64,000 nucleotides of DNA from Cystobasidiomycetes sp. EMM_F5 (Eukaryota). The translations under genes were made by a program, and so were the position numbers. Under the pieces are notes generated by a model. The model was not told the DNA's origin. It saw only the letters and a program-made list of their open reading frames with translations, and made no database searches. Shown here piece by piece: positions 1-12,821 of the stretch. Position 1 is the first letter of the stretch. Each line of letters opens with the position of its first letter. The DNA is taken from contig JBPGPT010000002.1 of NCBI GenBank assembly GCA_051047955.1, positions 558,001 through 622,000 on the forward strand, written 5' to 3'.

Positions 1-675
1 AGTGTTCGTATCCGATGCATGCGGTCCTCGGATTGCGCGGCCAACTGGGGTTGTGTCAAGTCAGGCGCATTTCGAATCAAGGGGGTTATGTGGCTCACAT
101 CAGCGCGAGTATCGCGCAGGCTATCCAGCCTTGCGAGGAGCTTCGGCATGACTGTCGCTCTTATAGCCAATACGGGATCGCGCCCTTGTCTAGAGAACGG
201 TCTGTCAATATTGAGACGCGCAGCTGTGCACGCGTAAACAACGCACTTCCACGCATCTTGCGGTGCTTCACGCCGTGATAAACGTTGTGTAGCAGCAGCG
301 TACACCCTGTCCACCTCGTTTGCTCGGGCGATAAAGTCTCTGAACTCGCTATCTTCAAAAAATGTCTGCCAGGCTTGCTGTGTTTACCGGTTCAGCTCAG
401 CAATTCGTCCGAAACGTCGGTGAATACAAGCCTACATCGAACCCAGCCTGCAGGTCTGACCTTGTCTTGTCTGTCAGCGACTGTATAAACTCTGCGTCCG
501 AGTCTGCAAAGTCTGGGAATGATTGCTGCATCGCGTCCAGAGTGACGCGCTCGATGACTTTCTGGCTGGCTTTTGTGATGATGGCTCGAGTCGCGGCTGC
601 TCGGGAGCCTGGCGCTACCACTGCTGACGACGTGGAAGCTCCTGCATTCTGATAGTGCGACATTGCTATCGCCAT
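1..675 (-). CDS. NNF1: Kinetochore MIND/Mis12 complex subunit Nnf1-like (3' end runs off the window)
   Basis: Spliced translation MAIAMSHYQ...QSFPDFADSDAEFIQSL...QAWQTFFEDSEFRDFIARANEVDRVYAAATQRL...QDAW..DPVLAIRATVMPKLLARLDSL resembles basidiomycete Nnf1 (DAW motif then coiled coil). GT-AG introns. Confidence 0.65.
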
Positions 676-750
676 AGTCTGGTTAGATTGAAGAAGTCCT
701 GCTTTGAAACTGACCGACACGATGATGGCTCGGTGACAGGAGGAATCAAG
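676..750. promoter_or_regulatory. Very short divergent (bidirectional) intergenic region between NNF1 and POP5
   Basis: Head-to-head start codons about 75-90 bp apart. Confidence 0.5.
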
Positions 751-1436
751 ATGGTCCGCTTCAAGGCGAGCTCCCGAGCATTGACATGTATTATTGATAG
801 GCGCTGACGTTTTTGTTGCAGAATCGCTATCTGCTCGTCGAGCTTATATTCCCTGATGATACTGACAGGCCAAATCTGAGCGAAGGGCTGATCCACTCGA
901 TAATCCGCGAATCACTCGCAGCAAACTTTGGTGATGTCGGCTGGGCCCAGGTTGGCGGGACTCTGAACAGTCCGTGTTTTGCGTGTTGCCCATACCAGAA
1001 TCAGCCTGACATCCAATACCATCTATTCCAGTCAAATACCTGTCTCAGACAACAGGATTGATGATAATTAGAACTTCGAGGCAAACTCTATCTCTCGTCT
1101 GGGCAGCTTTGACGCTGTTACGGTCCATTAAAGGCGTGGAGTGCTGTACCCGCGTGGTGCACGTAGGCGGTACGTGGGACTTCTCAGGTTGTTATGCGTT
1201 GCTCAAAACCTCCGATAGGCACTATCCGCAAGACGCAGCAAGCGGCTATCAAGTACGATAGGGCTCTCATCATGTCGGCACATCCTGGAGCCCCTGGTAA
1301 GGTCTTCATGGGCATACAGGTCGAGGCCTCTGAGCAACAAGCTACCACTGACACGCACTCCATCAGTGACTCAACTGACACAAACCAAAATACTCCAATC
1401 CCAGCAGGCTCTATCCGCACTGGAAGCCTGATATGA
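751..1436 (+). CDS. POP5: RNase P/MRP subunit Pop5
   Basis: MVRFK|NRYLLVE N-terminus, ESLAANFGDVGWAQV, KYLS..TGLMIIR and VVHVGGTIRKTQ are Pop5/Rpp14 hallmarks. First intron 766-821 is GC-AG. The 3' end is approximate. Confidence 0.9.
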
Positions 1437-1757
1437 CCACCAGAATCCCAGGCAATGTAGTGCATCCGCCAATATTAAGCAGAGTTTTGTTCTCCACGGG
1501 CAAAAAGGATGCTACAACAAGCATTATACGCGGTACCAAGGCACAATTGGATACTATCACCACGTTAATGAAAGTCTACCAAGACGATCCATGTCAGCCA
1601 ACGACGAGAAGCCGAAGACAGATTATGCTGCTATAAAGGCGCAAGAAGGAATTAATGAGCGAAGCACTTGTATGTTACATCTAAAGGGTCCATGTTGGCA
1701 TCGTGCACTTCCTTCGCCATCAAGCTTTCCCTTCACTACCATCCCGACTGATTGAAA

Positions 1758-4476
1758 TTAATGGATCTCCTGCTTATATTGCGCAACACGTGCAGCAACG
1801 GTTTTCCAATGGGGCGACCAATGGCCTGGACTTTTGGATAGGTCATCCAGGCTCGTCGGAGTATTCTTGTCTAGCATATCGTATGCGGACGAAAGAGAGT
1901 CTAGGCCGGAAGTCGAGCCAAAGGTGGAGGCACTGAAGCGGAAAGGCGAGGGAGCTGTAGAAGGTCTAGCTGCGACGAGTGCTTCGTTGGGCGAATCCAA
2001 GAAGGTTGCATACGATATAGGTGGCGCATATGGCTGATGTAGGGGTAGCGGTGATTGCTTTGCGGGGTGTGTAGATCCAGGCGAGGCATCCTTGACTTGA
2101 ACGCTCGGAGTAAGAGCCGAAAGATGTGACGGACTCAAGTGAGGAGGCTGTTCCGGTGTCACAGAGTCTGCCTGGAGGTAGGTACCAAATGAAAAGAGGG
2201 AAGGATCAGAGTCATTGTTTGAATCTGTTGAGTCTTCTTCCACTATACTCGCAAACGGAGGTGCTACGCTCGACAGACTTGATTTGCGCTGACCGAGGTA
2301 ATTATTGGGCACAAGAACAGGGTTGGGCGCGGCGATAATGAAGCCGTTTGGTCCCATTGCGCCAAAAGCATGATTGGGCACGTGGCTTGGTGCAGTTGAA
2401 GGACGTTGATAGGTCCCCGGTGAATTGCCATAATTCTGCATCCAAGGAGCGTAACCGAATGTACCATTGCTAGCTATAGACTCCCCGCTGAAGGTGGGTG
2501 TTTGTAAGATGGATCCAGACGTTGGTGGAGTGACCTGGGACGGTTTGACAGAGATATCTGCACCATCCGTCGCCTCGCCTTCTGCTTGCGGTTCTCTACT
2601 CTCGTCATCGTCTTCATCTATATCTTCGTCATCTTTATCCTCCAACGATCTGTTGGCGGCTTGCTTGTCGTGCTCCTTCTTCCGCTGCCGCCACGCTTTT
2701 CGCACCTCTTTGAACTCTGCCGGCAGCCGTTTCGGCCCATGCTTCTGCATGCTCACATGCGCGTTGAGATGATTCAGTGTACCGTACGCCTTTGTGCAGC
2801 CTGGATAACTGCAGTCGTAAATACGCTCAATCTCCTCGAACCGCCTTCTCGGTCGTTTCTTGGTGAGAGTGGGCAGGGGAATATAGTTGAACTTGCCGTC
2901 TGCTCGTTCAGCGGGCTGATGGTCGGATGAAGGATGTGCAGCCTCGCTTCGGGTATTGGCGCTACCATTAGGCGTGATGGGAGCAAGCGGGTGTGGCCCG
3001 ACTGTATTATAAAGAGCAGGATGATACGTGCTTGGTCCGGCGAACGCAGTTGAAGCATTAGAGTACGTCGAGTATGTCGAAACCGCCGTATCGGGTCGAG
3101 CAGTGTCAGGTCGCACTGTATCAGCTGTACCCGGTCGGAGACCATGTGAAGAGCCAAGTCTAGGATGATCGTGCGTTGAGTACCCAAATTCACCGCCTAT
3201 GGCATTTATGCCGGTTGCGCTAGCCAGAGTGGCGAACCTTGCGTGTTCGGCGGTGCCGGTACGTGGTCGAGCAGGATTATGGGAAAGATGAGGATAAGTC
3301 GGCATAGATGGCTCGCGATTCACAGGCATTATACTGCCGGGTGCTGCACCAAAGGAAAAGCCGGGGTATCCGCCAGCAGAGGTTGGTGGAGGCTGATGCG
3401 CAAAGATGCCTGTATGTGCTGGTGCAGAGTGACCGACATGACTAGCAATAGAAGAAATATGTCTAGCGTTTTGTGGCGCATTTGCAAGGCCACCACTGCT
3501 ACCTGGCGGTCTCATGTTATAAGGTGCTCCGGGCTGATACTGATAGGTGCCCGGAGCAGTCGCGTCCATGGGCCTCGGTCTATGCATTCCAATAGCAGTA
3601 GCAGGTGGGTGTAGAACTGTATGTCCACCCATGGGCATGCCATCTGAACCCATCGAAGCTAACGATCCTGGGCTTATATTCCGACCAGCCAGGGACTGCG
3701 GAAAGCCCGCGACACTGTATGTTGAAGCTGGAAACATACCGCCATACTGCGATGAGTGGTAATAAGCTTGCGGGTGCATTGTGCTTGGAGCAGTCATGGG
3801 TCGTCTGTATTATCGGGGTGTATTGGTCAGCGGGACCGCTTGGCGTATAAACTCAACCCAAACTCACGTATTGGAGGCGTTGAATCCCGAATATAGGGTA
3901 TGACCGGCGTAGAAGTGCGTGGAAGACTGTGGCATAGCCATCATGCCGTTTGCCAGTTGCTCTTGAAACTGGAAAATGTCTGCGCTTCCTGCGGGTGCTG
4001 GAGTCGTAGGCAGAGCCGCTGCATGAGGAGGTGGACTGGGCACAGAGTATGACCATGGATCGTTGTTGATGTGCGTAGATGCACTTGCGCTGGCCGAGGC
4101 GTGTTGCTGTTGCCCATGCGGGGCATACGGGCTGTGGTCATTCGATGCCGTCACTGCACGAAAAGAACAGTCAGTCTGACGGCGGAGAGTGCCAATGCAA
4201 AGTCTCGTAATACGCACGAGGTCTCTGTTGCAGACTAGGCTGAGCGTTACCTCCAACATACGCTTGCTGCTCGCCAGTGTTTCCACGACCGTGTGAAGAT
4301 CCAGGCGGACGAAACTCGAACGGACTGCTATAGTCTGGTGTATGAGCATCTGAGGGCATCCCAGGCTGCTGTGCTGGAGTCGCGTATGCTGTTCCAGAAA
4401 GCCCAAACGGTGCGGCTCCACTGCGACTATTTGCTGTTCCCGGTCGGCTGCTGCTGCCGTTGTCGACGTACGACAT
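1758..4476 (-). CDS. C2H2 zinc-finger transcription factor, Con7-like
   Basis: KKRPRRRFEEIERIYDCSYPGCTKAYGTLNHLNAHVSMQKHGPKRLPAEFKEVRKAW matches the Con7 family finger. Two upstream exons are joined by GT-AG introns. Confidence 0.85.
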
Positions 4477-4947
4477 GGCTGTTGGGACTTGGTGGTCCCC
4501 GTTGACGTTGCCGGTTCGTGTATGCGACCGTCAATGCGCTCCACCAATGCAGCTCTCTCGCTTTTGCTGCTGATATGCCCGAGGCGTTTCCCGAATTTCG
4601 AATGACACCACCAAGTTACCGCCGGAGTGTCGACTCAGTAGACTGCAAAGAAGGCGGACTCTGAAGCTAGATCCAGCTCGGCAGTTGTGCTGAAATGCTC
4701 AAGCTCTTCCTTGCCTCCAGAATGCTCGCAGGCTCCGCTCACTGACACACGCCTGGTTGCGAGATCCGCTTCGCAGCTGTCATGCGAAGGCCGATCAGAC
4801 ACCGCAAGCTACCGGAATATCGGGTGAGCGAGTAAAGGGGGAGGGTCGATTAGAAATGGCAAGGTGGATTTGTAATGCCACGATGAAGGCTGATTAGAAA
4901 ATGATAATCACCTCCTACCACGCTTAAAAACTGACATTTCCTCAAAA

Positions 4948-5998
4948 ATGCCCGCAGCGGTCAAAGCCGCAGATATTCATGTCATATCTCATCTGACGGG
5001 TCTGTTGCAGTCATTCATGAATGAGCTCCCGTACTGAATCTCACATCCCAGAAAATGAAAAAGACTACATCAGCGACTACATGGCACGCGCTTTTGACAG
5101 ACATGACCTCGGAAGCTTCGTTGCGACGGGCTGTCTGGTGAGTCTGTCCATAAAGACTTTCACCTTCCAAGAAATCAATACCACCCTGCCGCACATGACT
5201 TTCTCCGCTTACACCGCCGTCCACTTGCTCCCACAGTACGAGAAAGATCCTCTGTCCCATCGACTCTTCTTCAGATCCATCATGGATCGCACGCCGCTCG
5301 CAGGTGGCTTGTTTACAACGACTACCAATAGAAACGTGTTTGCGACGAGGTGGCCTCCTGGTGTGGCAGACAAGACGATGGACTTTGATTGGCGAAGCGG
5401 CAACGACGCTAGCTTCGACACTTGGGTAGCTAGGTGCGGTGGCAGGGAAGCCGTTCAAAACAGGCTAGAGAAGGTATGGGACAGCATTTTCATCAGATTC
5501 CAAACTCTGATGCACTGCTTCTGCACGGATACTCATCACCACAGTACGCACAACCTTGGGATACCGAGACGGACAAGATATACGGCAAAGGAGGCACACT
5601 CCAGCATATCCGTGGCATGTGGCTGGGTTGCAACCCAGATAATCAGCAAACGGGTCATGCAAGAGCCATACACGAAGCCAACGTGAACGAGGTAATATAA
5701 CAGAGTAGAACTAGCCAAGAAATTTCCTGCTAATAAGCGCTTATTGCGTATACAGGCAGACAAACTTGGCTGCAAAGTCATATTTGGGTCATATCGAAAG
5801 AATGTTTGTGCAATCATCGTCTTACTTTTCACGAAGACTGAATCCTCTTCTTAGGTACCCATCTACAAGCGTATAGGGGCTCGTCCTGTGGGCAACGAAT
5901 TTCACGTAGACTATCCCGCTCCTCCGGAATATGGAACAGATTGGCAAGACGTGCACGTCATGGAGGGCGGAGGCAAGAACGTGCCGAGCAAACTGTGA
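4948..5998 (+). CDS. GNAT-fold acyl/acetyltransferase-like protein, tandem copy 1, C-terminal PTS1 (-SKL)
   Basis: 6 exons. YMARAFDRHD, WLGCNPDNQQTGHARAIHE (GNAT motif A-like), KN|VPIYKRIG (motif B-like). Ends KNVPSKL*. Confidence 0.7.
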
Positions 5999-6209
5999 TG
6001 CGCTAAAGTCCGGTGATTTTCGCCAGCCCTTACAGCAGAGGGGCCGTACTGTACACGAACATTCAAGAACCGCGATAAGCCCAATTGCGTGGGGGAACAT
6101 ATTGTTGGACCGTTCAACGTCATGTGTTACGATGCATGAAGGATTCAACTCGCTCGACAGTACTGTACCGGCCGTGCTTCTTTTCCCAAGTACACTAGAA
6201 ATCTCCAAA

Positions 6210-7235
6210 ATGCCGACTGCCAACATTGAGATTGAGGTCATCACGCATCTGACCGGTGAGGCAACCAGCTACTGTAACTCGTGCGCATACGGCGACAAGA
6301 TGGTACTGATACGTCATTCCAATATGTAGAGGATGAGAAGGAATACATCAGTGCGTACATGGCAAGAGCATTTGACCGAACGGATCCCGAGTCGTATGTC
6401 GCCACCGGAAAGCTGGTAAGCAAGTCCCGTATAGATACCGCTTGTACTACGTAAACTCACACATCCGAAATACAGTACGAGGAAGATCCACTATCTCACA
6501 AGCTATTCTTTCGCTCCATAATCGACCGCACAATTCTTGCTGGCGGTCTCTTCACGACCAGCAAAGATCGGAACGTCTTTGCAACGCGATGGCTTCCCGG
6601 TGTTGCGATGAAGACGCTTGACCTCGATTGGCGCAGCGGAAACGACGATAATCTCGACACTTGGGTTGCTCGATGTGGTGGAACTGCACACGTCAAGGAT
6701 AGACTGGAAAGGGTGATTACACAAGTTGCACATAGAGATCAAAGTGCTAATGCGAATCGTACTAGTTCTACGGTCCCGGACGGAAAGAGTCGGACCGTGT
6801 CTATGGTCCAAATGGAAGCCTCAAGCATCTTCGCGGGAATTGGCTGGGCTGCAACCCGGATTTCCAGCAGAATGGGTACGCAAGGGCCGTTCATGAATCC
6901 AACATACGCGAGGTGAATTGCTATTATAGCGACCACGTTAACTCTCTGTACTGATGGCTGCCATTGCTCCGTACGGTAGGCAAATAAACTGGGCCGTAAG
7001 GTCCTGTTTGGCTCTTGCAGGAAAAACGTGAGCAATTTTCCGCGCCTTTGAGTTGGGAATGTGTATCTCTGACGTCTTCGTATCGAAACAGGTGCCCATC
7101 TACAAGCGGATTGGAGGCCGTCCTGTAGGCAATGAAGTTGAAATAGAGTACCCTCTCCCAGCACAATACTCGAAGGATTGGCAGTACGTCCAGCTCATGG
7201 AGAGCGGAAGTGACGGCAGAAATAGCAAGTTGTGA
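6210..7235 (+). CDS. GNAT-fold acyltransferase-like protein, tandem copy 2, PTS1 (-SKL)
   Basis: 6 exons collinear with copy 1. WLGCNPDFQQNGYARAVHE, VPIYKRIG. Ends DGRNSKL*. Confidence 0.7.
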
Positions 7236-7643
7236 TCATAACGAAACGGCAGAATTCGTAGTATGCTTTTTTTTATGGGCGTAGAGATCCAATGAGCAGC
7301 TTCAACGTATACTAACGTCGTCTGGATGACATCTGACTACCTTATTGCCGTCATTCCGTTCATATACAAGCGAGTAGGCATTGCACCGATTGCGTGTCAG
7401 TCTGCGCATCCCTACGTCCGCTCCGCTGCCATGCTGAACACCTCCACGTTCGTTTGCGCTGACATCTTCTCACGGCTTCTCGCTCGGCTATGCATGTTTC
7501 ACCAACCAAATAGGCGAGCGTTGGACAGCTTCGATTGGGGAATGCAAGATGGCCAGGTCCGATGTGCGCTGATGTACCACTGCTTCTTACGCTCCAAATT
7601 ATCCCATTCAGCCAAGTCTGACCACATTATTTTCAATATTATC

Positions 7644-8618
7644 ATGAGCCAACCTGCCGAGATCGAGGTTCTCACGCAGCTCAGTGGTGCGTGCTTACTG
7701 TAGCGAGACACCTCTGCTGATTTTTGCTTTTGCCTTAAGATGCGGACAAGGATTACATTAGCGACTACATGGCTCGGGCTTTTGACCGGCATGACATTGG
7801 AAGCTATGTAGCCACTGGCTGCCTTGTAAGTCGATAGCCTTACCTCGGCGATGATTGCTACTGCGACTACCTGCGCATTAACAGGCTGACATGTCATATG
7901 CGCCCAGTATGAGGAGGATCCTCTTTCCCATAAACTTTTCTTTCGGTCAATCATGGACCGAACGATTCTCGCGGGCGGGTTCTTCACGACTACGAAGGAT
8001 CGCAATGTCTTTGCGACAAGGTGGCTTCCTGGCGTCGTCGACAAGGCTCTCGATCTGAGGTGGAGAAGCGGGAACGATGATAATCTGGACGCATGGGTCG
8101 CTAGATGTGGAGGATACGAAGCTGTGCAGAGCAGAATTGACAGAGTACGCATTGTTCATCAAATGCAAAGCTACGCATAAGTAAACTACATGTTTGACAC
8201 TCCTCAACAGTTGACATCGCCATGGGAAGCCGAAGCAGACCGCGTCTACGGGAAGAATGGGCAAATTCAGCATCTCCGGGGGAACTGGCTAGGATGCAAT
8301 CCGGATTATCAGCAAAGCGGATATGCTCGGGCAGTGCACGAAGCAAATATCCAGGAAGCCGAAAGATTAGGTGTCAAGGTCATTTTCGGCTCGTGCAGAA
8401 AAAATGTATGTCCCGTTGTTCGAGGCTTGTCGCCAGCCAATGACCCATCTGACGTTGGACCCATTATCGCAAAGGTTGCCATCTACAAGCGCATTGGAGG
8501 ACGCCCAATGGGCAGAGAAATCAAGATTGGCTACCCTATTCCTCCCGAGTATGGCAATGACTGGCAATACGGGTGGATTATGGAAAGTGGACATACTACT
8601 GGTGGTAGTAAGCTTTGA
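7644..8618 (+). CDS. GNAT-fold acyltransferase-like protein, tandem copy 3, PTS1 (-SKL)
   Basis: 5 exons. WLGCNPDYQQSGYARAVHEANIQEAERLGVKVIFGSCRKN|VAIYKRIG. Ends TGGSKL*. Confidence 0.7.
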
Positions 8619-9154
8619 TCTCTTTCGCCTTGTACGTATGCCCGTATCTGCCATGTCCTCGGAGATTCATCAAGAAATTCCTCACAGTATGGATTGATGC
8701 GGGACAATTAGGTGTTGCTCTCCAGTCGTCAGAGTCCTGGTGCTTAGCTGCCATTGTCGTACATTCCTACTTGGCAGTCCCAGACCATTCATTTTTGTCG
8801 ACCATGTCGTACTGCAACGCGCATGTGTAAAATGCGAGCATGAATGATATGCCCATACTGGAAGCGTCAGCTTCGGCTTGCTCACTGGCTGGACGGCCAC
8901 AGACCTCCATATACGTTGCCAGTAGTCCGTTGCGCCAACGTCTTCGTACGGCTCAGCTGTATATCTGCAAGCGTTGGACAAGGTGACCCTGGAGAGACTC
9001 GGCTACCGGTACTGCGGTTGGGCAGAGTACAGGGTGAGTCCCGATTGCCAGCTGATGCCTCGTCCTTGTTGGGTCTTGCTTGCGCGTCCAATTTTTCACT
9101 AAAGTCTTTGCCGCTGTCTTGCCCGGCCCCTATAGCTAAGACTCTACTGCAAGC

Positions 9155-10111
9155 ATGACCCTCGAAATCGACGTCGTGACCCACCTTACTGGTAACTCCG
9201 GAGTATCTGATTCAGTGTCATGGCTCCGCTCACCTATTCTGCATTTTGATATGTTTTTAGAATCGGAGAAGGATTATATAAGCGACTACATGGCTCGCGC
9301 TTTTGACCGCCATGACATCGGAAGTTACGTTGCTACTGGCTGTCTTGTAAGCGCTGAAAGGATACGTGAGGCATCAAACAGTTGATCGCTGAGAACGGCA
9401 TCAGTACGAGGAGGATCCTCAATCCCATAGACTCTTCTTCCGGTCAATCATGGACCGAGCGCCATTGGCAGGTGGTCTGTGCAGGTGGTCTGTTTACAAC
9501 TACACAAAACCGCAACGTTTTCGCAGTAAGGTGGCTCCCTGGTGTGGTTGACAAGACACTTGACCTCGAGTGGAGAAGCGGAGACGATGCAAATTTGGAT
9601 GCGTGGGTAACTAAATGCGGAGGCCAGAAGGCTGTTTAAGACCGGATTGAGAGGGTACGCACATTGATATGATGACGGTGCTATTAGACCGGCCCGACTA
9701 ATGCGCTACATCAGTTGATGGCGCCATGGGTAGCTGAAGCTGATCGCGTGTATGGCAAAGATGGCATGAACCAGCACGTTCGGGGTAATTTCCTGGGATG
9801 TAATCCAGACTACCAGCAAAATGGCTATGCTCGTGAAGCCAACCTTCGAGAGGCCGAGAAGTTAGGCGTCAAGGTCATTTTTGGCTCGAGCAGAAGCAAT
9901 GTACGAATCCTCGGACGAAGTTTGACCTTGATTTTCGTCAGTCTGACGCCTGCCAATTATTCCAAAGGTTCCAATCTACAAGCGCATCGGAGACCGCAGA
10001 GTGGGCACCGAGTTTGGCATCGACTACCCTATCCCTGCTGAGTTCGGTCATGACTGGCATTTCGCCTGGATCATGGAGAGCGGTCATTCGATTGGCGATA
10101 ATAAGCTTTAA
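9155..10111 (+). pseudogene. Disrupted fourth copy of the GNAT-like family
   Basis: Same exon plan as copy 3, but with a 13-bp duplication frameshift (9468-9493), an in-frame TAA at 9637-9639 and a 3-codon deletion after GYAR. Ends DNKL*. Confidence 0.8.
9468..9493 (+). repeat. Perfect 13-bp tandem duplication (gcaggtggtctgt x2)
   Basis: Seen directly. Paralogs have a single copy encoding AGGL/AGGF. Confidence 0.95.
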
Positions 10112-10245
10112 GCGAAAGCAAGCCCCTAAAGCTCAGCGCTCGCATCAGCGTTTGTCATTACGTGATGCTACACAGGCATGCTGTATCCTCATCGTTCGCG
10201 TAAATTATGAAGATGTGTCATATACAGAAGCGTAGACCCTTCCGC

Positions 10246-12664
10246 TCAAGCAAGGGAATTTTCCAGGCTTTGCCATATCTGCGCAATTCTTTTCGCATGC
10301 TGTCAAACGAAAGTCGTTAGCAGCCTCCTCAGAGCGAGTGCATTTTCTACCAACTTCACTGCCTTCGGTCGACCACTTTCCAAGGATGACTCGCAGCGTT
10401 GTGCTCTCGCGCCAGACCCACCGCAGTTCTTGCGTGAGAGCGTACCTCAAGAATGTCCGTCTGTCGAGACACGCTTTGACATCCGCCTCGTCTTTCGCGA
10501 TCGCATTCAGTAAGCGCTTTCCTTCTTCCTCGTAACCGGTCTTGCGGTTTTCCATTACGTTGGAGTACGCTCGTTGTGTGGTTCCAATCCGCTTACGTAA
10601 CTTGTCGACATTATCGTGACGGAGCTTCGAGTCGTACCGTTCTAGAAGTCCAGCAAAGGCGCGCCACATTTCTCTCTGACTCTTCAGCTCCTCCAGAGTG
10701 GTGTCAATCGACGCAGCACAGTGTCGCTCTTCTGTGTCGGCCAGCATGGACAAACCATGTCCCAGTACACCTAGGTCACGCACTATGAGCGTAGTTTCCT
10801 CTTCGACCTCGGGGTTCCTCCCGCCAGCACCTCTGGCTAACGAAGAGTACACCTCCGTGAAGCTATCCAGACCCATTCGCGCACGAATCAAGTCCGCTGC
10901 AATAGCTTGCTGACGGTGCAGTATCCGCTCGAGTAGCGCACAGAAACGGGTCTGTGCATCTATAACGAGCGGGAGAGAGTCACGCATTGCCACGATCGTC
11001 GTTTCCAATGAGTTGGGTATTGCTTGCTCCTGTATTCGTGAGGTGCTGCTGGTACTACTTTCGTCCACAAGCACGTCTGTGCTATGACTTTTCCGCCACG
11101 TCGAAAGATCCTGCCATCGCACTATCAGAGAGTACCTACCGAACTCACATGGCGGCCACTCACACCAGGCTCGGTCAAGAACACTCCGACGAGGTTATCC
11201 TTGCATAAGATGTGATGATTTGCCACAAAATTGGTATATCGGGCAAGCCCTCGCCGCCTTCGGTCCAATACTTGTTCATCATTGGCTATATGGACGTGCC
11301 TCGCCGATACTACACATCGATCAGCTGGATGCTTAAACCAAGCAAGGCCAGTACACGTACTGCCCATCCTTTTCGGCGGAAGATTCAGGACCAATCTGGC
11401 TGGGTACTTCTGCGCCAGAGCCTCATGGAGCCATAGCCAATCCGAATATCGACGCATTACACTTGCACCTCTCCGACTGCTTTCGACGCGATATACAGTA
11501 TGCCGCGAAAGAAAGCTGCCAGCTAGGTCTTCCTGCTGTATGACGGCAATGACATCTCGGCCTTTGGCCAGGTCGCTACTTGTGGTGAAGCCCGGTAAAC
11601 CAAGGTTTCCAGATGAGTAGCTTCCGTCATGGGCATCTTGCGCGTTCTCGTCGTTTGCGCCATAAGCGGCGCTTGACGGATGACCTTCTGAGATGCCGTA
11701 CGCGTGCCCATTTGCAGACCGCCAAGGATCGTTGCCGGAACTGCCTGAGGACAGTTTTGTACGTCTTCTTGTGGATAGCGATGCAAATCCTGAAACGCCA
11801 GGCGATGGCAGTGGTATGTATTCATTTCGCGAAAGAGTCAGACAGGACATATCAAGATTTGGGCTTGGCAAAGCATCGCGCTGATTCATCAGCAATGCTA
11901 CAGATGGTACTTGTGAGCTTTGAGCCAGTGCTGCAAGCGCAAGAGCGGCATAGAATTCCTGCTTTGAAATTCTTGTAGAATTGGAAAGGGGCGCGGTGGA
12001 CGGAGGACCGGTATGATTTCCGTTGCCGAAACCCAGATTGATGTTGGCGAGATTGAAAGGTAATGTCACACCAAGTATCGAAGTCGGCGTGCCAGCATCA
12101 GCAGCCGCAGTAGGGCCATTACTGGCGATGTTTATAATCTGTCTTGACGATTTCAGCCTCTGACTTTCCCAAAGGCGACAATTGACTAGTCCCAACCTTC
12201 TCAATAGTACTGGCGGGCAAACCTGCTGCCCCGCTTAACAGATTATGGAGTGTTGATATAGATATGCTGTTTGTGAATGAACTGCCATTCCCGTTGACTC
12301 TGGCTGGCCACTCGTTCGAGGCGGCGGGGTCGGAGACTGCCTCCCAAGTCTGCGAATAGACAGGCGGCAGGGTAGCCTCATCGATAATGTTTGACCAGGA
12401 ATGACTTGAATTCCCACTTTGGGCAAGTCCGCCGTTGCCGGACACGATGCTGGATGAAGTGCTGCCGCTAGGACTGTCTAGACGTCTTGCGGATGTCGAT
12501 GCGAAAGAGTCTGCGGCGCTGAAACTCCGCCCAGCAGCATTTCCGTCAGTCCGGCTACTATCGCCGTTTGAACTCCAAGGGTCGTCATCGTAGAAGGAAG
12601 TCTGGCCATACGATGCAAACGGGTTTGTGGTGACCACGCGCGGCGTATCGAAGGACGTCTGCAT
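10246..12664 (-). CDS. MVP1: Sorting nexin Mvp1/SNX8 (PX-BAR)
   Basis: PX motifs HTVYRV, VMRRYSDWLWLHEALAQKYPARLVLNLPPK and RRRRGLARYTNFVANH, followed by a helical BAR region. Last exon HAKRIAQIWQSLENSLA*. Confidence 0.88.
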
Positions 12665-12821
12665 GGTTGCCTGAAGGATTAGTGGTACATGTTGTTCAGA
12701 GTTGGATGTGAGCGTGATAAGTCCTGAGACAATTGCTGGTAGCCGATCAGCGTTATTATAAAGACGAGCAATACTTTAGATATTTATTTCAGCCCAACTA
12801 CTTGTTTATTCTGCATACATC

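Noticed and set aside
1758..4476. Recurrent RPxTA peptides in the Con7-like factor
   Set aside because: A common motif in disordered fungal regulatory proteins, not a DNA repeat.
4948..10111. Repeated 1-1.5 kb units as a transposon or CRISPR-like array
   Set aside because: Similarity is confined to exons, while introns and spacers have diverged. No terminal repeats or transposase.
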